A stretch of DNA of 28,724 bases, from the IMG/VR virus record IMGVR_UViG_647533234_000003; one strand, given 5' to 3'. Made by a program: the position numbers and the translations under genes. Below are positions 16,551 to 24,379 of the stretch, in pieces. Position 1 is the first letter of the stretch, and each line of letters begins with the position of its first letter. The DNA comes from an uncultured virus (IMG/VR IMGVR_UViG_647533234_000003) (lineage: Duplodnaviria; Heunggongvirae; Uroviricota; Caudoviricetes). The notes beneath the pieces are model-generated. The model ran no database searches. It saw only the letters and a list, made by a program, of their open reading frames with translations, and was not told where the DNA came from.

Positions 16551-17140
16551 GAGGAACGCTCGGCGACGGTGGCGCTTGCCGCGCCTCGCTGGGTGACCTT
16601 GCACTCGTGGCAGTAAGCCGTGCCGTCCGGCTCGTACCGGCCGTGGACGGCCTGGTCGTGACCGCGCGCGCAGAACGGCGATCGCTCGGCGGTGCCCTTG
16701 AGGTAGCGCAGCTGCTCGCGGATGCGCAGGCGGCCGGGCTCGTCCTCGACACAGCCCGGGGCGACGCAGTACGGCACGTCGCACTCGGCGCGGACCTGAC
16801 CGACCGGTTCCCGGCCGGTGCGCATCCTGAAAGCGATCGCGAGCGGACTGACGGACTTCCCCTGGAAACGCATGACCGGGGTGGCGCCGCGTGCGCGCTC
16901 GCCGAGCCACTCCAGGTGGCCTCCGTCGAGGGGGTGGACGCGGGCCTGCCACTTCTCCTCCAGGGTCGGCGGCGGGGGCTTCTCGAAGGCGGGCAGCCCG
17001 GCCGCGCGGCGGATGGCGCGGACCGAGGCGCGGTCGGCGCGCAGGCGCCGTGCGACTTCGGCGGCGCTGAGCCCTTCGGTGAGCAGCCGCAGGATCTCGT
17101 CGTGCTGCGGGTGGGGCCGGCTGCGGGGCTTCGTGGTCAT
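16547..17140 (-). CDS. HTH fused to a degenerate HNH/His-Me endonuclease-like domain
   Basis: HTH 'GLSAAEVARRLRADRASV'; 'GGHLEWLG...AFRMRTGREPVGQVRAECDVPYCVAPGCV'; tail 'CARGH...YCHEC'. Confidence 0.65.
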   Translation of the reverse strand: MTTKPRSRPHPQHDEILRLLTEGLSAAEVARRLRADRASVRAIRRAAGLPAFEKPPPPTLEEKWQARVHPLDGGHLEWLGERARGATPVMRFQGKSVSPLAIAFRMRTGREPVGQVRAECDVPYCVAPGCVEDEPGRLRIREQLRYLKGTAERSPFCARGHDQAVHGRYEPDGTAYCHECKVTQRGAASATVAERSS

Positions 17141-17814
17141 GCGGGCTCCTTGCGTGTGGTGAGGGCGGCGGCGGAGGCGGCGCGGCGCTGCTCTTGCTCG
17201 GCGGCGAGCTGGTCGGCGGAGGGCGGGGTGCGGCCGTCGGCGAGATCTTGGGCGGCGCGCAGACGGACGTCGTGGATGGTGCCGAGGGGGCCCCGCCGGT
17301 TGCGGCACGGGGCGCCTGCCTTCGCCCGGCAGTAGGGGCACGGCGCCTTGAGTTCGGGGCGGCGGGAGGGGACGCGGGCGGCGGCCCGTACGAGGGCGGC
17401 GCCGCGGGTGGTCGTCTCGAAGCGGGGGCGGTCTCCGGGCAGGGGAAGCGCCGGCGCGGGCGGGAGGCGTCCGGAGGCGGCTGCGGCGGCGTGCTGCCGC
17501 GCGGCGACCAGCTCCTGGCGGACATCGCCTCCGACGCCGGTGTACGGCGGGGCGAGGTCCGCGCGGGCCCTACGGATCTGCTGGCGGTGGTACCGCAGGT
17601 GGTGCGGCTGCATCCAGCGGCTGCGGTCAGCCTGGTAGCCCTCGCCACCGAGGGGGACGGAGCCGTAGAAGGCGTCGACCGCAGCTTTCGTGTCGGCGTC
17701 GAGGGGCACGTCGGCGAGGGCCCGCGACCACGCCTCGGCGGCGGCGGCGGAGGGGCGCCGGTTGTCGAAGCGGCTCAGGTAGGCGAGGAGTTCCGTCGCC
17801 TCGGACAGCGTCAT
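17137..17814 (-). CDS. Helicase loader/inhibitor-like N-terminus + C-terminal Zn finger
   Basis: 'MTLSEATELLAYLSRFDNR...AEAWSRALADVP...AVDAFY', located directly after the initiator; Zn finger 'CPYCRAKAGAPC...H'. Confidence 0.6.
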   Translation of the reverse strand: MTLSEATELLAYLSRFDNRRPSAAAAEAWSRALADVPLDADTKAAVDAFYGSVPLGGEGYQADRSRWMQPHHLRYHRQQIRRARADLAPPYTGVGGDVRQELVAARQHAAAAASGRLPPAPALPLPGDRPRFETTTRGAALVRAAARVPSRRPELKAPCPYCRAKAGAPCRNRRGPLGTIHDVRLRAAQDLADGRTPPSADQLAAEQEQRRAASAAALTTRKEPA

Positions 17815-18794
17815 CGCCCGGCCTCCTGCTCCAGAGCGCGCATCTGCGCGATGAGGGCCTGGTGCTCCATCTGCCGGGCGTCGCCGGAAGGGAGATGCGG
17901 GCCGTGCTCGCACGTACGGGCGGGAGCACGGTGGAGGTACTGGTTGGCGTTGGCGATCCATTTCTGCCAGGCGGTGTACCAGTTCGGGTGGCGGGTGCCC
18001 CTGCCCTGCCAGTGCCAGACGAACTTCTGGGTCTCGTGGTCGAGGGGAACGTCGGGGTAGGTCTGGGTAGCCCAGCGGCGCATGGCGTCGGTGAGCCGGA
18101 AGCCGTCGATCTCGATCGGAGTGAGCGGCAGCGGCTCGGGATGTTCCCTACCTGTAGAGAGCTCTACTACGTCAGCCACATAGGTAGGGGTAGGGGTGGG
18201 GGACGGGGCGCTGTCAGTAACGCCGTCACGCAACTCGCTGACCTGCGCGTTTTGCGTTTCTTTGGTGCAATTTCGCTGCGCGCTCGTGTCGCCGTCGTGT
18301 CGCCGTCGTGTCGCCGTCGTGCATTCCCCGGCCTCGGAGGGCTCGCCCGTAACGCCGTTACTGACGGCGTCAGTCCCCCCGTCACGGGGCGCGATGTCAC
18401 CCGGCTCAGGGGGCTCCGGGCGCTCGCCCGGCTCGTGGGGCTCGGCCGGTTCCGGGGGCGCGGTCTGGTGGCGGCGCCGGTACGCCTCCTGACGGGCCGC
18501 GTTCTTCCGCCGCTGCTCGATGATCTCCTCGCGCGAAGGGTTGAAGTCGAGGTAGTCGTGGATCAGCCACCCGTCCTCCTGCCGCAGCCACAGCCCGGCC
18601 GCTTCCAGGCGACGCGCGGTGGCCTTCAAGCTGCGGACCCGGGCGACGAGCGGCAGCTCGCGGTCGCCGATCCGGCCGTCCGTCAGGTGCTCGGCCGACC
18701 AGCACAGCGCCGAGACGTGAAGACGGAACGCGCCGTCCGTCAGCAGCGCCACCTTGCGGTGGGAGGGGAAGCGGTCATCTAGCCGGACCCACAT
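17811..18794 (-). CDS. Phage replication initiator-like protein
   Basis: N-terminal 'MWVRLDDRFPSHRKV...LTDGRI...LEAAGLW...WLIHDYLDFNPS', a disordered repeat-rich linker and a DnaT-like C-terminus 'ETQKFVWHW...NWYTAWQKWI'. Confidence 0.75.
   Translation of the reverse strand: MWVRLDDRFPSHRKVALLTDGAFRLHVSALCWSAEHLTDGRIGDRELPLVARVRSLKATARRLEAAGLWLRQEDGWLIHDYLDFNPSREEIIEQRRKNAARQEAYRRRHQTAPPEPAEPHEPGERPEPPEPGDIAPRDGGTDAVSNGVTGEPSEAGECTTATRRRHDGDTSAQRNCTKETQNAQVSELRDGVTDSAPSPTPTPTYVADVVELSTGREHPEPLPLTPIEIDGFRLTDAMRRWATQTYPDVPLDHETQKFVWHWQGRGTRHPNWYTAWQKWIANANQYLHRAPARTCEHGPHLPSGDARQMEHQALIAQMRALEQEAGR
18213..18365. repeat. Iteron-like array and AT-rich patch (putative ori) inside the initiator gene
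   Basis: (TCGTGTCGCCG)x3.5 at 18284-18321, a T-rich patch at 18249-18274, and a flanking 17-bp inverted repeat 18213-18229 / 18349-18365 (15/17). Confidence 0.7.
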
Positions 18795-19429
18795 CAGATC
18801 CGAGCCCCCTTTGAGGTGTTGCACGAGGTGCAGAGCACCTGAAGGTTCGACACGTCGTCGCTGCCGCCCCGGGAGCGGGGGTGCACGTGATCGAGCTCCA
18901 GGCAGCGGGCGAGCGGGCGGCCGGTGGGTGCGGCGGGTACGGGGTCGCCGGGCTGCCAGCCGCAGTGGCGGCACTGCCAGCCGTCCCGATCCAGGACGAG
19001 AGCCCGCACGCCACGCGGCGCGGTGTCAGGAGACTTCGCCACAGCGAGGCCCAACTGCATCGAGGCAAGCGACCGCAGGCGCGGTGACGCGGACACCGTG
19101 ATGGCGTCGTACGCGGCTGCGGCGAGCCGCGGGTTGAGGCCGGTGCCGTGGTGCGTGAAGTGGTCGACGATGAAGACCTCTTCGTCGTCGGGGTCGACGG
19201 CGACGAACCCGGCAGCGTCGAGGACGGCGAGGCGTTCGCGTACGAGGTCTTCGGTGAGCGCACGTGCCGTCGATGCCCAGCGCCGCGCGGTGAGCGGCAA
19301 CAGCCCGGCGTGGCTGAGGTTGGGCTGCGAGATGAGGAAGAAGTACAAGCGTTGTGCCGCCTCGCTGAGCGCGAGGAAGTCGGGGTCTTCCCAGATGGTG
19401 GTGAGGATGCGTCCGTGGCCGCGCGCCAT
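18794..19429 (-). CDS. Initiator-like wHTH N-terminus fused to an HNH endonuclease
   Basis: 'MARGHGRILTTIWEDPDFLALSEAAQRLYFFLISQPNLSHAGLLPL' followed by HNH 'RDGWQCRHCG...LELDHVHPRSRGGSDDVSNLQVLCTSCNTSKG'. Confidence 0.8.
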   Translation of the reverse strand: MARGHGRILTTIWEDPDFLALSEAAQRLYFFLISQPNLSHAGLLPLTARRWASTARALTEDLVRERLAVLDAAGFVAVDPDDEEVFIVDHFTHHGTGLNPRLAAAAYDAITVSASPRLRSLASMQLGLAVAKSPDTAPRGVRALVLDRDGWQCRHCGWQPGDPVPAAPTGRPLARCLELDHVHPRSRGGSDDVSNLQVLCTSCNTSKGARI

Positions 19430-19500
19430 GTGGGGCTCCGGGTGGGGGAGGAGGGCGCGGCCTGAACGGGCCGCGCCCGGGACGGGAGGGGACGGTGCGA

Positions 19501-19689
19501 TCAGCTGGGACGGTGGCGGCCGCGCGGGCGGAGTTCCACGCCGGCCTCCAGGAGGAGGTTGCGGGCGAGCCCGAAGCTCACGCCGAGCTGCTGGGCGACG
19601 GCGCGGAGCCCGAGGCCGTCGCGTACGTAGAGGTCGGTGGCGCGCTTGTGGGCGGCGGCGCGCTCGGCGCCGGTGAAGCGGACGTTCAC
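19501..19689 (-). CDS. Small HTH DNA-binding protein
   Basis: 'LYVRDGLGLRAVAQQLGVSFGLARNLLLEAGVELRPRG'; GTGA-coupled. Confidence 0.75.
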   Translation of the reverse strand: MNVRFTGAERAAAHKRATDLYVRDGLGLRAVAQQLGVSFGLARNLLLEAGVELRPRGRHRPS

Positions 19690-19931
19690 AGGGGCCTCCA
19701 GGTGACGGTGCCCTCTTCGACGTGGCCGGTGGCGCGGCTGGTGCCGGTGGGAATGCCTTCGTCGTCGTAGTCGGCGTGGTAGTTGGTCCAGAAGGTGACG
19801 CGGGCGCGCGCGGCGCCCGGACTGTCGTACGGGCCCTCGCAGCGCTGGCTCGTGGTGCCGTCGCGGTCGGTGATGGTGACGACCGCTCGGTAGACCTTCG
19901 CGTTGGCGCTCATGGCGATGCTGCGGGCCAT
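19686..19931 (-). CDS. Hypothetical protein
   Basis: 81 aa; 'EGPYDSPGAARARVTFW'; coupled overlaps. Confidence 0.65.
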   Translation of the reverse strand: MARSIAMSANAKVYRAVVTITDRDGTTSQRCEGPYDSPGAARARVTFWTNYHADYDDEGIPTGTSRATGHVEEGTVTWRPL

Positions 19932-20368
19932 CAGCGGACGAACTCGCCGCGGCGGCGGTCTTCGACGGCGCGCTGGTGGGCGCGGAACTCGTTCTCGTCC
20001 GGGTGGGCGGCGAAGGCGTCGTGGACGACGGAAGCGGCGCCCTGCGGGCCGCTGCCGACCTCGTCAAGCGTGCCGTCCATGCGGCGGCGCCGGTACATCG
20101 CGCGGCGCGCCTCCTGGAGCGCGGCTTCGTCGGCGGCGTCGGGCGCGACCTCGCAGCCGGTCACGCGCACTTTCACCTGCGGAGCCTTGTCCTCGGTGTC
20201 GGCGTGTCCGGTGTAGGTGACGGAGGTGAGCTCGACGATCGCGACGACGGTGGAGCCGGGCGACTCGAAGAGCTGGCGGCGCTGGGCGCGGGTCAGGCTC
20301 GCCTCGATGAGCCCGGCGGAGGCGTCGAGCTTGACCTCGGGGGAGTCGGCAGCGGTCAGGGTAGGCAT
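19931..20368 (-). CDS. Hypothetical protein
   Basis: 145 aa; GGAAGGA RBS. Confidence 0.7.
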   Translation of the reverse strand: MPTLTAADSPEVKLDASAGLIEASLTRAQRRQLFESPGSTVVAIVELTSVTYTGHADTEDKAPQVKVRVTGCEVAPDAADEAALQEARRAMYRRRRMDGTLDEVGSGPQGAASVVHDAFAAHPDENEFRAHQRAVEDRRRGEFVR

Positions 20369-20423
20369 GAGAGGTGTCCTTCCTGAGGGAGGGCCGTAGC
20401 TCGCAACTGCGGCCCCAAAACGG

Positions 20424-21101
20424 CTACTTGAATTCGATGGGTCCGTCGTTCATGCGGATACGGCCGTCGCTGAGCAGGACCGGGCGCGCCTCGGACTGCA
20501 CGGCGCCGTACTTCTCGACCTGCCGGATCACGACTTCCGGTCCGGTGAAGTCGAGCAGGGCGATCGCGGCCCAGTACGAGAACGCGCTGCGCTTGTACAG
20601 GGGGACGTGGACGGTCTGGTCCGCGTGGTCGGTGACCGTGACGCGCGCCCCGTACGAACGGAACGACCCGATGCCGTTGCTGACGGCGCTGTAGGCGCAG
20701 ACCAGAGCGTAGCCCTGCTGGTCGAGGTGGCCGATGGTGACGGTCTCGCGGCCCGGGGTGCGGCTGTCGCCGTGGTGGCGGATGTAGGGCGGGGCGTCGA
20801 GGGTGCCGCGCTGCCGGTAGTAGATCGCGGTCGCCTCGCTCGGCGGGGTGCCGACGGGGACGACGGCGTCGCGGGGGACGGCGAGGACGTACAGCTCCAG
20901 GTCTGCGCCGCGCGCGCGGCGGTCTTCGTCGCCGCCGTCCCAGTCGAGGTGCACGTCGACGGTGCGCCCGGCGGTCTTGCGCAGGCTGATGCCCGTGGAG
21001 CCGCCCTTGGTGAGGGTGACCGTCCCCGAGGGCGTCGGGTCGGCAGCCGGCCGCTGCGGAGGCTTACCGAAGAGGCGGGAGAGGAGAGAGCAGAGAGGCA
21101 C
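20424..21101 (-). CDS. TerD/TerA-like stress-response domain protein
   Basis: 'VTLTKGG..ISLRK...VHLDW...ADLELYVL...IYY..RGTLDAPPYIRHHGDSRTPGRETVTI' matches the TerD-fold pattern. Confidence 0.7.
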   Translation of the reverse strand: MPLCSLLSRLFGKPPQRPAADPTPSGTVTLTKGGSTGISLRKTAGRTVDVHLDWDGGDEDRRARGADLELYVLAVPRDAVVPVGTPPSEATAIYYRQRGTLDAPPYIRHHGDSRTPGRETVTIGHLDQQGYALVCAYSAVSNGIGSFRSYGARVTVTDHADQTVHVPLYKRSAFSYWAAIALLDFTGPEVVIRQVEKYGAVQSEARPVLLSDGRIRMNDGPIEFK

Positions 21102-21116
21102 GACGGGAGTTTCCTG

Positions 21117-21305
21117 TCAGGTCGTGGGGGTGAGGCCGAGCATCGCGAGGAGCTGCCGGGCGTCCTGCGGGCCGTCGGCGCGGTCGGCGACGTGGAGCGC
21201 GGCGGCGCGCCGCACGGTCTCCGGGGTGTCGCGCGCGTACGTGTAGACGGAGAGCGGGCCCCGGCGCCCTTCGCGGGGGCGCGGGGCGGGGGCGGGGGTG
21301 CTCAT
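21117..21305 (-). CDS. Small hypothetical protein
   Basis: 'RRAAALHVADRADGPQDARQLLAMLGL'; ATGA-coupled. Confidence 0.65.
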   Translation of the reverse strand: MSTPAPAPRPREGRRGPLSVYTYARDTPETVRRAAALHVADRADGPQDARQLLAMLGLTPTT

Positions 21306-21865
21306 GCGACCCGAGCGGGGACGATCCCGCTGGCGTCCCGGGGCGGCAGGGTGGGCCAGCGCACCAGCGACAGGGCGCGCGCGTGCCAGCCGTCGACCGG
21401 GGCGGGCGGCGTCACGTAGTGGTGCTCGGCCATCGCCCACAGCGCGACGGCCGACGACATCACGTACCGGGCCGGGCCCTCGGGCTCCAGGCGGTACCGC
21501 TCGCGCACGGCGGACCGGATCTCGCCGCGCGCGGCGTGCGAGCGCCCGGCCGCGTACCGGGCGACGGCGGCGGCGGGCACCACCGCGCAGGGCACGCCCC
21601 GCCTCCACAGCTCCTGCTGGATCATGATGCGCAGCCCAGCGATCTCCTCGTCCCAGTGGCCCGTACGAGTGTCCGGACCCTCCAGCGCGACGAGATCCGC
21701 GCGGCGCACGTAGGTCATCGTCTGCGCGAGGAGGTAGGAGAGACGGTGCTGGCCCGCGATCTTCTTCGCCTGGGCGTACGCCGTCCACCCCTCGCCGGCG
21801 TAGCCAGTGGCGGACAGGCGCGGGCAGACCCCGACGATCAGCGGCCTGGGGGCGGTAGTGGTCAT
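21302..21865 (-). CDS. RuvC-like (RNase H fold) protein, catalytic Asp residues absent
   Basis: 'LIVGVCPRLSATGYA...DLVALEG...ELWRRGVPCAVVPAAAVARYAAG...YVMSSAVALWAMA' aligns by eye to phage RuvC. Confidence 0.7.
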   Translation of the reverse strand: MTTTAPRPLIVGVCPRLSATGYAGEGWTAYAQAKKIAGQHRLSYLLAQTMTYVRRADLVALEGPDTRTGHWDEEIAGLRIMIQQELWRRGVPCAVVPAAAVARYAAGRSHAARGEIRSAVRERYRLEPEGPARYVMSSAVALWAMAEHHYVTPPAPVDGWHARALSLVRWPTLPPRDASGIVPARVA

Positions 21866-22425
21866 GCTGCGATTCCCTTCACGTCGAGGTCGGGCCACTG
21901 CTCGCCGGGAGCGAGGCCGCGGATGATGAGGACGAGCTGTGCGCCCTTCACGGGCGTGCCGAGGCGCATGTCGGGGCCGACGAGGCGGGTGTGGTCGTCG
22001 TCGTCCAGGAGCCCGGCGTCCACCAGGCCGTCGATGACTGCCTTGAAGCTGGGGTACCAGTTCGCGGGGTCGGCGCGGCGGCGGGTCGCGGGTCGCAGGA
22101 TGCCGAGGACGTGAGCGCGCTCGAAGAGCGGTCCGGGCCTGGCGGCGGCGAGGGCATCGAGGAGCGACGGGCACTCCTGCACGGCCTCCGTCGCCGCCTC
22201 GCGCAGGCGCTTCGTCAGCCGGCGCTTGTCGTGGTGGTGCGTGCGCTGGTTGGAGTTGAGGAGTGGAAGCCCGGCGGGGAGGGTGATCACGTACCGGGTC
22301 GGGTGCACGGCGCGGTCGAGCGCTGCCGCGATCTCGTCAGCGGTGGGCGGCCCGGCGGAGGCCGCCGCCCCGGGCGCGGAGCCCGGGGCAGCGGGGGCGG
22401 CGTCGAAGAGGGCGGGAGTGCTCAC
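21862..22425 (-). CDS. rusA: RusA-like Holliday junction resolvase
   Basis: 'LLNSNQR' and 'RRRADPANWYPSFKAVIDGLVDAGLLDDDD' give the RusA D..N..K...D.L...DD signature. Confidence 0.8.
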   Translation of the reverse strand: MSTPALFDAAPAAPGSAPGAAASAGPPTADEIAAALDRAVHPTRYVITLPAGLPLLNSNQRTHHHDKRRLTKRLREAATEAVQECPSLLDALAAARPGPLFERAHVLGILRPATRRRADPANWYPSFKAVIDGLVDAGLLDDDDHTRLVGPDMRLGTPVKGAQLVLIIRGLAPGEQWPDLDVKGIAA

Positions 22426-22817
22426 GCAAGGCTCTCTTCCTCGTCGGGCCACACGATCCGGGGCCGGACCTCGACGGCGCGGCCGTCCTTGATGACCACC
22501 CGCCACAGGTCGCCTGTCTCTTCGCCCTCGCAGCTCAGGTAGCCGGTGAAGGTATGACCGGGGTGTGCGTCGATGGCCGCCTGGACGTCCTTGACGAGCG
22601 TGTAGGCGCGGTACTCCTCGATGGGGCGGAGGGCCAGGGCGTGGGCGGTGCGGCGCAGAAGGGGCCCCTCCTCGGTCTGCACGGTCTCCTCGCGGACAAG
22701 GAGCACGAGGTCGTGGCGGTGCGGCTCTCCGGGCGCGTACTCGCTCGCGCGGATCTCCGGCCACGTCAGCGGCGGCGTGATGCGCAGCTCGCCCGTCACG
22801 AGGGTGATGTACCCCAT
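22422..22817 (-). CDS. DUF6205-like hypothetical protein
   Basis: 'MGYITLVTGELRITPPLTW...FTGYLSCEGEETGDLWRVVIKDG'. Confidence 0.65.
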   Translation of the reverse strand: MGYITLVTGELRITPPLTWPEIRASEYAPGEPHRHDLVLLVREETVQTEEGPLLRRTAHALALRPIEEYRAYTLVKDVQAAIDAHPGHTFTGYLSCEGEETGDLWRVVIKDGRAVEVRPRIVWPDEEESLA

Positions 22818-22818
22818 A

Positions 22819-23121
22819 TCAACTGTCCTTCCAGGTGCGGGGGTTGTTGTGGGTCCGGGGAGGCGAGGACGCGTGTAGCTCCGCCACGAGGTCCTTCATC
22901 TGCTCGTGCCGTGTACGGGCCTCTACTTCCAGCGCGGCGACGTCGCCGTCGCGCTCTGCGAGCCGCGCGCGCAGCGCGGTGTTCTCCTTGATGAGCCGGT
23001 CGCGCTCCGCGACCGTCCACCGGTAGAGGTCCGCGAGCGACGGGCCGGGGACGAGGTCTTCGCTCGGGGTGACGCCGGTGATCCAGCGCCACCACGAACG
23101 CTCCGGCGCCCTTCCCGCCAT
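22819..23121 (-). CDS. Coiled-coil hypothetical protein
   Basis: TGATG-coupled; heptad-rich. Confidence 0.6.
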   Translation of the reverse strand: MAGRAPERSWWRWITGVTPSEDLVPGPSLADLYRWTVAERDRLIKENTALRARLAERDGDVAALEVEARTRHEQMKDLVAELHASSPPRTHNNPRTWKDS

Positions 23122-23852
23122 CACGCGCTCCCGCCGTCGCGGGGGGCGGGGATCAGCGGCCACTCCGGGCGGACACCAGCCGCCTTGACAGTCTCCCCGC
23201 GCTCACGGAAGTGGGCCGCGAGGGAGGCCGCCTGCGACCCGGCCCACTCGATCTGCGCGTCGTGCAGCTCGTCCAGGGACATCGCGGCGAGGCGCGGCAC
23301 GGAGTGCCCGAGCCGCCACACGATCCGCGCGGCGGCCACGGCATCGGCCGTCGCGTCGTGCGCGCCGTCGAGCGGCACGCGGTAGTGCTCGGCGAGCGCG
23401 GTCAGCGTCCGCTTCCCGCGCCGGTAGCGGTCAACCTGCCGGTCCAGGACCAGCGGGTCTAGGACCGGCCGCACGTCGCCGCCGAGGCGGTCGGCGAGAG
23501 TGGGCCGCTCGTGGCGGCGGCACTCCCGGTCGAGGAGGGTGAGGTCGTAGCGCGCATTCATCGCGACGACCGGCGCCCCCGCGAGGAGACAGGAGTGGAG
23601 CAGAGTCGTGATCTCCTCCACGACCTCCCCGGCCGGCCTGCCCTCGGCGCGGGCGCGGTCGGTGGTGATGCCGTGCACGGCCGTGGCCTCGTCGGGGATC
23701 TCGATGCTGGGGTCCGCGAGCCACGATCGGGTCTCGGGGAGGGCGCCGCCCCTGACCTGGGCGACGCACGCGGTGACGATGCGAGCAGTCTCGACATCGA
23801 CGCCCGTGCTCTCGATATCGAAGGCGCAGTAACGCTGTTTGTGCCAGGTCAT
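23121..23852 (-). CDS. DEDDh 3'-5' exonuclease (DnaQ/Pol III epsilon-like)
   Basis: ExoI 'AFDIESTG', 'VHGIT', ExoII 'AMNARYDL', ExoIII 'AHDATADA'. Confidence 0.92.
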   Translation of the reverse strand: MTWHKQRYCAFDIESTGVDVETARIVTACVAQVRGGALPETRSWLADPSIEIPDEATAVHGITTDRARAEGRPAGEVVEEITTLLHSCLLAGAPVVAMNARYDLTLLDRECRRHERPTLADRLGGDVRPVLDPLVLDRQVDRYRRGKRTLTALAEHYRVPLDGAHDATADAVAAARIVWRLGHSVPRLAAMSLDELHDAQIEWAGSQAASLAAHFRERGETVKAAGVRPEWPLIPAPRDGGSA

Positions 23853-24379
23853 GATCGCCCCTTGGCCTGGAATCGCCCAGTGGCTCGGTTGCGGCTGGTA
23901 CCCGAGTAGGCGGATGGACGGCGGTTCTTCGATTGGGTTGACAGGTCTGTCCACCGGCAGTTCTCCGGCGAGTAGGGCCCGTCGTTGTCGATCCGGTCCA
24001 GGCTCATACCAGCGGGCCTGTCTCCCATGTCAGCGAGGAAGTTCTCGAACCTCCTCCACCGCTGGCAGACGGTGATTCCTCGGCCGCCGTAAGAACTCCA
24101 CCTGCTGTGGTTGGGATTGGTGCAACGGTTGAGCATGTCTCCCCACGTCATGTAGAGAGAGGTGCCGCTGTACCCATGCTTGGTGCTGCGTGTGACCAAC
24201 ATTTCGGTGCGCAGACACCCACATGACTTGGTCTTGCCCCACTGCTTGAACCGCACGGTGCAGATGCGCCCGCAATCACAGAGGCAACGCACCTGAGGGT
24301 CGCCCGGCATACGGTCACCGAGCACCATGAGACGACCGTGCCGTTCACCGGCCCGGAGGAGCCGGGGCGCGGGGCTCAC
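23849..24379 (-). CDS. Free-standing HNH (homing-type) endonuclease
   Basis: 'CLCDCG...KSCGC...WGDMLNRC...[42 protein letters not shown]'; visibly lower GC than its neighbours. Confidence 0.85.
   Translation of the reverse strand: MSPAPRLLRAGERHGRLMVLGDRMPGDPQVRCLCDCGRICTVRFKQWGKTKSCGCLRTEMLVTRSTKHGYSGTSLYMTWGDMLNRCTNPNHSRWSSYGGRGITVCQRWRRFENFLADMGDRPAGMSLDRIDNDGPYSPENCRWTDLSTQSKNRRPSAYSGTSRNRATGRFQAKGRS

Noticed and set aside
5100..20369. Single TGCCTA/TAGGCA hits at ~5101 and ~20362
   Set aside because: Isolated half-sites overlapping start codons, without the 18-bp spacing or promoter boxes.
21302..21865. TnpB/Cas12-like RuvC effector
   Set aside because: Too short, no Zn ribbon or transposon ends; it resembles a stand-alone phage RuvC.
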